Origin: Azolla caroliniana
Taxonomy: Eukaryota; Plantae; Polypodiophyta
Reading direction: 5' to 3'
Assembly: GCA_043228905.1 (NCBI GenBank)
Contig: JBHGNT010000016.1
Span: forward strand, 5,952,001 to 6,016,000
DNA length: 64,000 nucleotides
The notes beneath the pieces were generated by a model that saw nothing but the letters and a program-made list of their open reading frames with translations, made no database searches and was not told where the DNA came from. Shown here in pieces: positions 35,601 to 49,423 of this stretch. Made by a program: the position numbers and the translations under genes. Positions within the stretch are counted from its first letter, which is position 1, and every line of letters begins with the position of its first letter.

Positions 35601-37897
35601 ATCATGCCGCGAATGAGCTCCAATGATTTGTGCATGTTATACAACATATATAGTTAATCGGTATTTGGAGCATTTTTATGTCCCTTCCATACACAAACAC
35701 ATGCAAGCATGCATATGAAGTAACGGGGTACATGTTGCTTAAAATCAATCAAGAAACAAGCATGAAAAGAAGATGGATCAATTACTTCTCTTAAAAAACA
35801 CAAGAATGATATGTCACAATTATTTCATGATAATAAGACTAGCATAACGATCAATAATGTATATTGTAAGACCCAAGGAAGGGCCTCACTATCAACTCAC
35901 GACATTAAGCATCAATAAGTTGTGCAAGGATCGGCAACTTCACTCTTGCGGTCAAAGGAAACTCATCAACAACCAACTAGTGAAAGCGAAGCATTAATTA
36001 CTCAAGCGACATATAACTCGTTTGAAAATACTCTTTATCACGGTGATGAGCATCAACCGATCAAGTGATGACCAACAAAAACTTCTCTCTCGGGAAGACT
36101 CTTAGATGGTCCGCACTACAACATCGAAAGTCATAAATTCGAGAGAGTCACAGAGGTTTGATCCTCGCCAGGGGGCTAGGGCCTCGTTCTTTGTAGATGC
36201 ATCGCAAAATCGGTCGATCCAAGCAGCCTATATCGATCCCTTGACCTTGCGATTCATGAGCTTATCATCATCATCATTCGAAGGTCGTCTCGCGCTAGTA
36301 GGAGAGCATCCAGACAGAAGGAGAATGGGATATGATCGGCAGACGGAAGGCCATCTAAGAGCATTATATCATAGTGACCCGATGCCAGATTTCGGCCGGG
36401 TCGGCTCGGGTCCTGGCACTCGTGTGCGAGTCTTTCGGAGAGAGTAGATTAGAGAAGAGAAGAACTTAGAAGAGTAGAGAAGAGAAGAGCTTAGAAGATT
36501 AGAGAAGAGTAGAGTGTCCTTAACTTAGAGGCAGTTTACACCAGGCGCCCCCCCTCCCCCTTCTTCTCTTTCACCCAATAAATATAGAAACAGATCTCTG
36601 CTTTTTCCCCTGTTTCCCCCTGTTTCTGCCATCGCTCGCATCTTCAAGGTATGTTCCCCCTCTCTTCTTCTGGTTTCTTTCTTCCTTCCTTCCCTGTCCC
36701 ATTTCTAGGGTTTGGTCTGGCTCTCCTTCTTCTTCTTGTTCTTCTTGTTCTTCCTCGGAAAAAGGCTTCTCTCTCCGCCTCTGTTGCTTATGTTTCAAGG
36801 ATTCATCAATGAGAAGTAACGAAAATTTTCAGAAACGACCCTTCCTTTTAGGGGCTTTTTAAGGCATGCTGGTATCTGTAGTGATCTGTTTATTTCTCAT
36901 GTTTAGAGAAAACATTCAGGCCTTTTGCATTCCCTTTGGAATGTTTTCCAGAGTTCGATTTCAAGTTATTTCTCTTCTGTTTATTGTCTGTATAATCCTT
37001 CTTTGGAAAGAATTCAAAAAAAAATCTTAAATTGGGGATTTGTTTTAGGGTTTCCTTTCCATTTTGATTTTCTTCTTCGAGAATATATCAGAAAATTTCC
37101 TGATTTCTGCAGATTAAAGAGTCGTACTCTGTGATACTTTTCTGTTCTCAGTTTTTTCGCCACCATTTTCCCATTCTCTGCAGTTATTTAGTGTTAGTTC
37201 ATTTAACTCCTTTTGCTGAACTTAGGATAAGATGTTCACATTGTTCTCACTTTTCCTCAGGTTTGTAACATTATACCTGTACATACATTCTCTACAGTTT
37301 ACTATTTTCACATAAATTAAAGATGAATCCATGTATATCAAAAGGGGTGTTTACTATATTTCTTCTTCTTGTAATTATTATAGAGACAATAGAATCGCGT
37401 TGAGCAATTTCTGTTCAAATCACATGCTCTACCCCACTGAGTTATCTTTCTCGATATTTAGCCAGAACGTCTTAAACCCGTTGGGAATAAAGTAATATGG
37501 ATTCGTGGACAAAACAAGAAAATGTTTTCCTTGTAGATATTGGGAAATATATTTGGTTTTTGTGGAAGCGGCCATTTATATCTATTTGTTTTGTGAATTG
37601 CATCAACTGCCTTCATTTCATGAAGCTACGACTTCATCATATGGTACTGGTAGCTGTTGAAGTAAACAAATAAATTTGTTAGGTCCAGATTTTGTATATT
37701 TATATTGTTCTTTGATTAATTTTGGTAGGGCTTATATTTTGTGTTAATACCATTGCTGTGATTTTATATTTCTTTGCATTGCATGAATCTTTACACTTTT
37801 GAAGAAAGTCTTGAATTGTTCATAAAGATATGAGACATATCAAATTGCATGCTTATTTATACATGATTTGCAATGATACAGCTCAAACGTAGCGAAC

Positions 37898-40800
37898 ATG
37901 CCAAGGTATGATGAGCGATCTGGGCCAACACGACTCTATGTTGGTCATATCTCTCGACGCACACGGAGCCGTGACCTTGAAGATATTTTTAGTAAATATG
38001 GCAGGTATGTAAACGCGCATATCTTACATAATGGATGACACCATGAACTGAAATCCTAACAGTCAACATGTCATTTTCATGTTGGTATGTTTGTTTTAAA
38101 GTTTGATTTTCATTGTGGTGACATTGATTGATATTATGACTTGAAGTTTGGATCGTCATTGTCCATATGTGTGTGATTTTGAAGCTTGATTTTTCATTGT
38201 CCTTCCATATGTATGTTTTGAAGGTTGATTTTTTATTTCCCTTCCATTTATATGATTTAAAGTTGGATTTGTCATTGTCCTTCGTTATGTGTGAGTTAAA
38301 GTCCTATTTATCATTGTCACTTTGCTATGAACCCTGATTTCTCATGTTCATATTGGTGCATATTTTATAGAGTTTCATTTGTCATTGTCCTTCAGCATAT
38401 ATGATTTACGGTTCAATTTCTGGATAATAGGATTGCCCATTCTGATAGATTTCTCTAGGGAGAATAGGAACGTGTGGTGTTTTGAGATAGGGCATTTTTG
38501 GGGCGAGTGGTCATGTGAATTTGTGACACAAAAAGAGATATATAATGGGTTTCGTACTACGTGCATCTGTTAACTTCAGAGATGATGTTGTTGAAGGTCT
38601 GATGGAGGTTAAATATTTTGGTGGTCATGGTGATTTTTGGTGGCCTCCATCACATGGGTAGACTTGCAATGATGCTTTTGATGTATGTGTCGTCGTATGG
38701 TGTTTTCATGGTGGAGTTACGAGAGTCATGGTGGAAAATTTGGAAAAATGGTGTTTGGCTCATCTCATGGGCAGTAGTATCTGGTTACTTGCTTGACATG
38801 GACTTGATTGACGCAGAGTACGAGACGTGGACATGAAGCATGACTTCGCCTTCGTAGTATGTATACCATTCCCTTTGGTTTCCATTCTGTGAATCCTGTT
38901 AAATTTGATACTTTTAAGTTGTTTTTCAATCTGAGTTGTGTTAAGAAATGTTATATTGAAATTTCTCTATATTCTCTGATACATGTTAAAAACCTGTTAT
39001 TCGTAAATTTTCTCAAGTCTTTTTGGAATTGCAAGCAGGATTTTGGTGATTCTAGAGATGCTGATGATGCTAGACATTACCTAAATGGTCGAACATTCGA
39101 TGGAAGCAGAATTGTTGTGGAATTTGCCAAGAGGGTATGCATCTATATTTAAATAGATGCTTGATTACAATGCCACCTTCATTCTATAACCTTGAATTGC
39201 ATATTGCAGTCCCATTACGACATTACTTTTAGCTAAATTACTCATCAATTGTTGTCAGCTATGGTTCTTTAAACGTAAACATAGATTATTATCAAGTGTG
39301 ATTGTTGAAATATAGAGCATTATTTAGTTCATCTATTTTGGATGACCTAGGGTCCTAGGGGTGATGGTGGTTCCCGGGATTATGTTGGGAGAGGCCCGGC
39401 CCCTGGTACTGGTAGGTGTTACAATTGTGGTCACGATGGACATTGGGCTAGAGATTGCAAGGCAGGAGATTGGAAGAACAAATGCTATAAATGTGGGCAG
39501 CAAGGACACATAGAGCGGAACTGCAATAACAGTCCCAGGTAAATGACATTCTGGTCAATTTGTTTTGTGTACATATTTCTGTCACAGGTTTGTTTTGGGC
39601 CAATTTTTGGCCTTAGAAGACTTTAATATATCTTTCTTTCTTTCTTTCTAAATCTAATGATTTTCTCTTGTTTGTCATATCCTACTACTTTTAAAAATCT
39701 TAAAAAGGTTTGTTTGTGTTCTAGGAGAAAATATGTTTTCCTTAGTTACCTGTGAGTGGTTTTCTAAGTCTGAACGATTTGCTATTCAACATTTTGTGAT
39801 ATCACACTATGTAAATATAAAGTTTATTTTTTGGGTGCCCCATCGGCTTTACAGTTTTTTGATGAAATGTGTTTCCATTGTTACACTATTGTTAATTATT
39901 CTATGGTTTGTCTTCACTTTTTTAACATTTGATAAACCCTAAGTTTGATACTGGGAAATCATTAGCAGAGTTGGATAACTGGCTGGTTTTGTTCATTGTT
40001 CACATTGTTATTTTGAAAAAACTCGTCAATTTCAAGTTCTCTGCAATGAATTGCAAGGAACTTTGCCCTAGTCCTCCCTATCATTGTCTTTTTGGTCTTT
40101 GAATTGCTTTCTCGGAGCGAAATGTTCTGCAATGACATTCCCATTTATGATAAATAAGTAGGGAGGAGCAAAGTGATCCTTTTTGTGTACCATTAAATGT
40201 TTAAACTTGCCATGATATCATTTATAATGAATGTTCCAAAACTTAATAGCTGTGTGCATCAATCTGATCTAATTGTTGGTTAACATTTTTGGAATTCTTC
40301 ACACTTCTATGCAAAAAGATCAGGTGACTCCTTGATACCAAAAGGCACGTGTATATATCTTGGCTAAGGTGATCTTAATGTTTAATATGTTTTTATTCAT
40401 TGTTTTGACAGGGCCAAAAGAAGTGCATCTCGATCTCGATCTCGTTCAAGGTCTCCATTGAAAGGAAGGAGGCGTAGGAGTAGAAGCCATAGCTATAGTC
40501 CAAGACGCAACAGATACAGGTAAGGAATTCTGTGCTCTTTGATGTGTACTCTATATCATTGATTTGAGATGTTCGTTGTAGTTTTGGTTTCTTTTGTCTT
40601 TTTTCAATTAATGAACTTAAGTGTGAATGTTTGACAGTACAGTTTCATTTTAATCTCTCCTTATTTTTTAACTACAATCAAACCTAAATATTCTCATTTG
40701 AGCATGTGCTTGTATTGTTCCCCTGATTTTAATTCCTCTATTAATATGCTGAGAATTTCTGTTTTCTTTTCTCGAATAAGGTGGGTCATTCAATCTTCAC

Positions 40801-41510
40801 ATTGAATATTTGCTAGTAATTCAACTGTTTCTGATCTTCATTTGAATCTTTGCTAGTAACTCCCCTTATTTTAATTCCAATTTTCCTTTTTGAATGCTTT
40901 GAGTGTTTTTTAAATTGTCTTTCGTTCTTCTGATTACAATTTAATTTGTTGTCTGTTTTTCTATTGCAATTGAAGCCCTTGTTTCTTTCCAGTTATAACA
41001 TACATAATATGCTTGTTTTTCTATATATTATTATATAGTCGATCGCCCAGAAAAGAAGCTGTTAACTCACCTAGCCCTGATCAAAAGAGACGAAGTGAGA
41101 GCCGCAGCCTATCTCGCAGCCCAAAAAGGACACGTTCACGGAATCCGTCTCGTAGTCCTCCCCGGAGGAACTATTCACATAGTCCAACTCAAAGCCCCCG
41201 ACAAAGAACCCGTTCGCATAGTCCGCTGGTTAACCCCCCTAAAAGGGGCCATTCGCAGAGTCCGGCCCCCAATGATGAGAACCCTGCAAGGAACCATTCA
41301 ATTAGTCCAGTTCGTAAAGAAGATCGTAGAGATATTTCTCCCAGCTCACCTCGCAATGCATGGAGTCCGAATAATAATAGTGAGCGTGATGATGATGCTG
41401 GTCGTGGTGCTGCAAGCCGTAGTGCTAGTAGTAGCCCTCAGCGTGATAATGGACTACATCAAGATTATGTGTCTCCTCAGAATGGAAATAGTCCAAGCCG
41501 CTCTGGTTAA
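37898..41510 (+). CDS. RS2Z: SR splicing factor, RS2Z subfamily (RRM, two zinc knuckles, RS/SP domain). Exons 37898-38004, 38817-38856, 39039-39134, 39351-39538, 40412-40519, 41039-41510; probable 5' UTR intron 36649-37881
   Basis: [101 protein letters not shown], then RS- and SP-rich tail; all introns GT-AG and in phase. Confidence 0.96.
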
Positions 41511-43439
41511 AGTTCATGATGGGAAATTTGGCAGTTTGATGATGTAAAATGCTTTTCAAGTTGCCATCTTGAATGATTGAAAGGCTGCTCAACTCCCATT
41601 CAAACTGAGCTGGGGTGAACAAGGGTACACTATCTGATTAGTTAATGGCAGGTGTCTTTTAGAGTTTTACAATTTAGAACATATCCAATTTGGGCATTGA
41701 ACATGTGCTTGAGTCTACCATCAAAGGACTTAACTGTCTTTTGGATAATTGGTTAAGTGTTTGATAGGGTTAGCTTACAGTATATACTTCATGGAAGAGA
41801 TTGGCTTGTGTTACTGGTTTAATAATTCTATTGCATAATTCAAACTTTTATTATTCTGAAAGATTAGGCTTTATCCACACAATTCAAAATTGACAATTTA
41901 TTTTAAGAGATTGTATTGTCTTGTTCTTGTTGTGAACGTAAGAATTTGAACAGCCCTAAGGAAGTTTTTGGGATGTTAATAGGCTGTGCTTAACTGGAAT
42001 TATGAATTCACGAAGTGAAGTTTCCAGCACATCATTTAGAGGGGCTGGGTTTAATGTCATGTTGACATGTTTTTAGGAAAATAGGATGCTGGGACTAGTG
42101 GAATTAAATTTGTGGTTTCAAAATGGTCACAACTTGGCTGAAGGAAGTCTGCACTTAAAATATGTTTTGTGATAGATAAGGTTGATCAATCATTAAGCAA
42201 ATCAAGGCGTTAAGATGTGGTCATCACTACCATTGGTAAGCAAAGCTTGAAAGAATGGATGTGTAGTGTTGGATAATTCATTTCAGAAGAAATCCCTCAT
42301 GATGTAATGTGTGACATATTGTGTGTTGGGCCTAACATTAGGATGCAAACATATTGGAATAGCGTTTGAGGGTGAAGCAAAGTTTAAATGTGGGGAATGA
42401 GGTGGCAAGATAGAACTATAATAAGTGATTAGTCATCAATAATCACTTCGAGCCTTGATTAAGGAGTGCAACATCTTCATAAATCACAATTTTAATGGCC
42501 ATGGGGTAAGTGACTTGTCTATGTATCTCCATGTAGTTAATTGTTATTGAGCTATCAAACAAGCCCTATCATGGTTTGGACTCTAGAGAGAGAACATATT
42601 TCAATGCTTTTTTATCACCTCACTCACATTTTGCATCTTATGTGGCTTGACGTAAAGATTTGTCTCTCTTATTTATCTTTCACACCCCGATATCATATGA
42701 AATAAGGGAAAATGAATAAGGTGGGGCTAGTTATGCAATATTTTCAATTGTTAGTTCTCTCATTGTATGAGATGGTGTTTAAAGAGGATTTTTGTATACG
42801 CATGAGAAATCCTTGAAACAATGTTTCCTAAAAATTAATATAACAATGTATGTAAGATCACCCTCCAATTAGGGGAGAAGAGCATAGGTAATCGATATAG
42901 AGAAAGGGAAGATCTAGAATTAACGTGACCAACTCTTTTTATGTATTAGAAACCATTGAAACCATGTTTCATATCACACTCCAACTAGAACATGAGTTAT
43001 GGTGAACAAGAGAGACTAGAAGTAAAGTGCCCAACTTTTTTTTATGCATTAGAAACCGTTGAAACTATGTCTCTTAATACAATAATGTCTACCATACATC
43101 AATCTAATCACGAGAGGAACAATGGTGAGAAACAAAGAGAAAGGAAGGATCTAGAAGTAGTGTGCCCAACTTATATGTATTACAAGATTCACTCTTTACT
43201 TGTCTAATCCACATAAGCTCTTGACAATCGACTTAGAAAGAGTTCCTACTTGTGGATGTGCTATACTAGCCTATTGTCCATGGAAAATAATCATATTCGT
43301 CTCTTAAGTGAAAATGATAAACTCCAAACTGATAATTTTGTTACAATGTGAGGGTCGAATCCAATTGTAAGCATATTTGCTTGTTTGATAGAGCTACTAG
43401 AATCTATTTCGTGCTATTCTATAGGACAAGCTTCTAGTA

Positions 43440-43767
43440 AAGAATAAAAGTAAAGAGTCATGGAAGTCGTCAATAAACATATGTTGTATTATGTTTATAA
43501 AGACTCAATTCAGAGCACAATTGCATTTTTGGAAATGATACAATTTTTTAATATTGTGTGTGTTTGTGTGTATTCAATAGATTATTCGTATAGTAATTCA
43601 ATAAAAAATGAAGAAATATAAATAAAAAACAAATGTGATCTAAGCAGTAAGAATAAGAATCATGTAGAAGCATTGAATGGTGACGGGTGTCATCAATAAA
43701 CATTTGTTATAAGGTGTTTATAAAATTCAACGCTCAATTGGATTTAAGGAAATGATACAATTTGTGA

Positions 43768-43811
<44 letters not shown>

Positions 43812-43890
43812 AAGTATTCAATAGATCATTTGTATAGTAATTCAATCAAATGTGAAGAAACATAGATAAGATCAATAGTGATCTATTAAA
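43440..43890. repeat. Diverged ~220-bp tandem duplication containing (GT)n
   Basis: CAATAAACAT..GGAAATGATACAATTT..(GT)n..TATTCAATAGAT..TAGTAATTCAAT occurs twice. Confidence 0.75.
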
Positions 43891-46800
43891 AGTAGAATGA
43901 TTCTATGATCTATCTCTGTGAGCATTTATGAATTGTATGTGACTTAATTTTGAAAACTTTAATATCTATATATAGTTATCAATAAAATTATTTTCAGATT
44001 CTATGGAAATATTCACTTTGTCATTTTTTTCTTCATCAATTCCTCATTCTTTACTTCCTCTCGAGCCTTTGATTGATTCCTTAACACTCGATTGAGAATA
44101 CCTTGAGAGGAGTCCAACTTTTAGTTTGAGCTACCATGCCATTTTGTGACCATGGTCTATAATATCATACATTTGATCATTGTAAATGCATCTTTCTCAA
44201 CATTTTTCGTACACTAGACTTTTGACTACATGAGAACCTTTGCGTTGAATGCCTCATTTTCAATAGTAATAGCTACGGCTTTTATTTTATTTTAAAATTC
44301 CTTCAATTTTGATCTACAATTGATCATGGCATGGTTACATCATGGATCTTCGCTTTACCTCATGACATCATACAAAGGAGAATTCTATAGTTTTCAATCC
44401 TTTCATCACTTTTAGGAGAAAGAATTTAGTTCAAATAAAAGGTTGTGCAATCTTGTTATTAAGCCACAAATATTGTCTACGTTGAATATTGAAATTATCA
44501 TACCTTGATTGATATCCATACTAGTTCATACCATGGCATTTGACAAGTGTTGATCCTTTATACCATAAGACATCGGTCTCCGATGACCACAAGCTTCGAT
44601 ATGAGTCCATTTTACAATTTAAGAAATTTTGAATTACGATGAAGTTTTACAACGTTAGATAACCCATGTTATCATTTTTTGAATGAATTTGCAACAAACA
44701 ATAGCCCACGAACTCATGCAACATGCTTAATTGTTGAGCATTGATGATTAGGCTAGTCGAAATTTCATTTGAGTTATTCTAGACCTTGTCTCTCCATCAA
44801 TTCTAAATGCTATCCTCAAGATATCTTTTCCAATTAAAGGACCTTCATTTATTGTTGCAGCTCATTAAGACTAATGATAACTTTTTGGAGAGTTAAATTT
44901 CCTTCCCTTTTCCTAAACCTCAACACCTAATTTGCAATATGAACTTGTATGATATAGTGGTTTATCATATCGTAATTTGGAAAAAATCATTCAATGTAGA
45001 AAAGAATTCTCATTTTCAAACCTAAATGAACTAGCGGTATAATGCTAGATTTTACATTTCAAAACTATGCATGTATCAAGATTCTATGTATAAAACTAGA
45101 TATGCACATCTAACATGGAACATTGCACAAGGTATTTAGATCAATTGTGAAACACGTATAAACACACCTAAGCATTTGTCAAACCTATTTATTGTCTATC
45201 ATCAATTGTGCGGGTTACCTATAAGCATCGAAGGAAAAAGTCATAAAGAGGTAATGATGGAATGATTCTCTAACAATGAGTGAATGTCAAGATAGAGAGG
45301 AGAAAGGGACGCATGAGAGCATGTGCATGCACTTACGAGGAAAGAGACGAGATGGTGGATTTAGGATCGATTACGGACCATTCAAGGATATTCACATTAA
45401 AGGGTTACAATGCCATCATAATACCATGGAGGGCCCAACTTTGCGATTTTAAACGCAAGACAAGGGAAGAAAGAGAGATGAAATACATGCTAATGTAGGC
45501 ATGACCTTGTTCTTACCCTAAGATAGAGCATCTTAGTGTAATTGCCATAATCATATTAGAGAATAACGCATATTGCTCATACAAAGAGAGTGAGATGTTA
45601 TATTGTATGATTAGGAAGGTGTAAATTCGGGGGTCTCCATATGTTAGTGTGTTAGTTATAGGATATATTGTGACTATAGGAGGCGTCCTCTTAGGAAACT
45701 CCATTGCGATGTGAAATTCATCAAGGATGAAACTAGTTTTGGGCTTCATCTCTTGTAACTCCTAAAGTGTAACATGTGAACTATCGACATTGAATCACAC
45801 TTGCACTTGATTGGCAATATATTATTGTTAGTTCCCTTTTGGGAAGAGCCATGACAAACTCTAATCAAAATAAGAATAACACATGTCTATAAAACTCTTT
45901 CATATGTCATGCATAATGGATTAGATAGAGTAACCATCACTAAGATGTTGGAGAAATAATGTTGGTAACTAGGACATTCACTAATTATCAAGTTGTCAAT
46001 GGTTAACCAATTGTCTCCCTTGCAAAATGTTTTTGCAATTGTCTTTATTTTGCATATATTATTAGACATCCTTGCAAAGGAGAGAGCTAAGAGGAAGGAT
46101 GCTTGGAAGAGGAGGGCTAGCTTATTACATTACAACCAAATACTAATGCAACTACTAAAAGATTAAGGAAAGTAATGGTTTAAGGGTAGGAATGACAAAT
46201 CAAAATAAGGGAGACTTAACGATGCATGAATGAAAATAATTGTCATATGGTGAATCGTGATGCTCATACTACGTGATGGACTATTAACGACAATTACAAT
46301 AAGGTATCTAATGGCATTTAGATGGAATCTCCTTAATGTTTCCAAAATATTTATTGTAGGTATATGTCGTCTTCCTGCAAAACAACAAGAGATTTCGGTA
46401 TGATGTAGCCATCACACCCTCAAGCCTGAGATTGTTAGAATAATGCACAAACAAACATCGTTTTTTTTTGTTAATAGATGCAATCAATACAAATTTTTTA
46501 ATAGTGACCAAACAATCAATATCTTGTTTCTTTCATAGTGACCAAACACCATTGAGCTCGATAATTTGGTGCAAAGGGATGATGAAGATTACATGGCTAA
46601 TATTTTCAAACAAACGAAAGCAATATCTTTGTGTGGGTAGTCTCCAAGCCCGACACTGATCTCATGGGAGAACAACTCTTAGATTGTATTTTTTTCCCAT
46701 GCATAGATTATTTAATATAAATTATATAAACTTATTTATTAATAATAAAAATCATTCTAAAGATTTTTTCAATATGCGGTTGATTATGTTGATCAAAGTT

Positions 46801-48551
46801 AAATCAATTGACTGTATATATATTTTATATCCAAAACATATTGTATGTATTCAATTTATAGCACAAACATTTTAAAGTTAGTTCATATGATTGCAATAAA
46901 AACAAAATAAAAAAACCAAATGTTGTGGCTCACCTAAAATTGGTCGTGGCTTGCAACATTCCACTTTTTTTTCTAATAGTTTCGGAATGATGAATTTTTA
47001 GGCATTACTTATTGGGACTATATTACTTGTATATTTACAGCATTCCTATTTAGCATATTATAAGTTTGTTTATAACTGAAATATTTTCAGCAGCATTAGA
47101 TGTCAAAAATATTAGCATTTACTATTGGTAGAAAGATTGATGCTAACAATTACCAAAGCTTGCGGCATTTAATTTATTGCCAGAAATGTCAACATTAAAA
47201 TGGCCATAATACGAAGTTTTTTTCGATAGAACTAAATTTCTAGAGTTTCAATTGAAAAAGAAAAAAATGTTGAAATATCTCCAGATAAATATGCCATTAA
47301 ATAGTTGTGATTTCGATATGATTGTGAATTTAGGAAAGAATACCACTTATCATTATCACTAGCTTTGGGCATGTTGAATAACGAGAAGTTTCATCTAATG
47401 GTCAATGTTATTGGAAATTGCCTTTAAGAAGGCATGTTGATGGTAAACATGTCTCGTACGATGGTCAAGATATTAAAAGTTACTTTTAAAAGCAATGTTA
47501 TCATTTTCCACTCGCGTGCTATTTATACATCTTCGTTTTTAAAAGGCACAACTATCATTGTTCACTCCTCTTCTATATGTTTATGGCCGACAAGTTTCAA
47601 CTAATTGTCAATATTGCAAGAAAAACTCCTTTCAAAGTGCTACACATTGATGGTCAACATGTTGCACATTGTGGTAGAATGCATGGAAACAATTAAAACA
47701 TGTTTCATCTAGCACACAATGTTATTAGAATTTGACTTTTAGAAGGCACCCACTTTTGCTTAGGCTGTTGTATAACACCATTGTTAGGGTAAAAAACTTA
47801 GCATGCATGAACACATTGCACAAACCCAAAAACCCAATGCTTACCCCTCACAACTCGAAGCGGGTTGACTATTGCAAGTTATAACAACCTAAATGTGGAT
47901 TGATAATTTCAACATGATAAAGTTATGAGCAGTGAAAATAAAAAATGTGTAGGGATATCTAGGTCCTCTTGTATATAAGGCATAAATCCAATGCTTCCAT
48001 GTTGAGATTTAATATGTATTGTCTGGTTAAATAAGATAACGAGGGTGGCGAACATGGCACGTGTTAACGTTCTACACATTATTCCAATCCCGTTCAAATC
48101 AAATGACGTCATTTACCAATTTAAAGTTAAAAAAAATTTAAGCGATCATAGTGAAAAAGCTTTAAGAATGTGAGTGAGGAAGGTTTTATACGAAGGGGAA
48201 AGAATCAAAGCTCGATGTAATTCTTTGAGAGAGAACAAAAAGGTGTGAGATATCAAAGAGATGCACTCAGGCACCATCGTCATATATCAATTTTACATTT
48301 AATGACACTCGATAAGTTCCCCCCCCCTTCTACTTTTGCCCAAGTCAAAACCTCAAGGTCGAGATGATGTAGAAAACGAATCAAAATTCGTTATATGTAC
48401 GAGGCCAAGGGAGAGACAAATAGAGATGTGAGAGCACATCTTCCTAAAGCACATTAAAGTTCAATAGCTACACAAAGCGCTTAAAAGATAACAACAGTGT
48501 CCACATTGATCAGAATACGAAATAACACTCCATGTAATAGAGAAAAGAGAG

Positions 48552-48646
48552 AGATGAATATAGCTTAGTTTGGTACGGTTGCCCAATGGAAACCAGAAGG
48601 TCATGGCTTCAATCCTTGCATTCCACAGGTGGCATCTAGTAAATCA
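48552..48646 (+). mobile_element. tRNA-derived SINE, family A, copy 2
   Basis: TAGCTTAGTTTGGTACGGTTGCCCAATGGAAACCAGAAGGTCATGGCTTCAATCC..CATTCCACAG aligns to 7046-7136. Confidence 0.7.
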
Positions 48647-48889
48647 TCAATCCTTGTCAAGTCAGATACTTGAGGAGTTGGATATAACTCATCTTTGAAA
48701 ATCATCTTTTTTTTTTATCGATATAGTGTCAATTATCCCATTTAAATTTTTTATTCGTATGAGAGAGGAGAAAGGATACTGGGTATAATGTGCATTATTT
48801 ACATCCATGATTGGATCAACGATGGTTGAGACTTCGGGTAATTTGGCAAATGAAGAGGATATGTATGCAATAACAATGACAAAGCAAGG

Positions 48890-48962
48890 AAATGTGGTTT
48901 CGAACCCAAGACATGGTGCTAGTAGCATATAAACTTACCATTAGGGTAAGCTAATTACAATA
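48890..48962 (-). mobile_element. tRNA-derived SINE-like element, family B, copy 2
   Basis: Minus strand CTTACCCTAATGGTAAG...GGGTTCGAAACC (A and B boxes); similar to 7270-7362. Confidence 0.55.
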
Positions 48963-48979
48963 ACAAAAAAAAAGACAAA

Positions 48980-49140
48980 AAGATTGACCAAAAGCAAACA
49001 ATATCGATGTCAAAACACTTTAATGTAGCCGATAAGTAGCACTAATTGTCCAGAAGCAGATCACGAAAAAGAAGAAGGCTGAGAGATTGACCAAAAGCAA
49101 ATAATATGGATGTCCAAAAACTTTAATGTAGCCAATAAGC
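48980..49140. repeat. ~56-bp direct repeat
   Basis: AGATTGACCAAAAGCAAA..GATGTC..ACTTTAATGTAGCC.ATAAG at 48981 and 49084. Confidence 0.85.
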
Positions 49141-49387
49141 AGCCATGGTCATCGCGTTGATGGAGCAGCAAGTTCAATTATATATCTATCTATCTATTGA
49201 TATATCCAGAGTGGGGATAGATAGATCTTAAAATGTCTCGATGGGGGAGCTACGAGGTTCTCGTGTTTTTGGTCGAGGCAGAGCGGGAGAAAGAGAACAG
49301 AGATAGACAAATATTTTTAGTGTCCGATTTCAAGGCTTGTAAAATCTGTGGCGGCGGCAGCATCTCGGCCTTGGCCCCAGGAAGAGA

Positions 49388-49423
<36 letters not shown>

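Noticed and set aside
36106-36447. 113-aa ORF upstream of RS2Z
   Set aside because: No recognisable domain; lies in the GC-richer promoter region, where chance ORFs are common.
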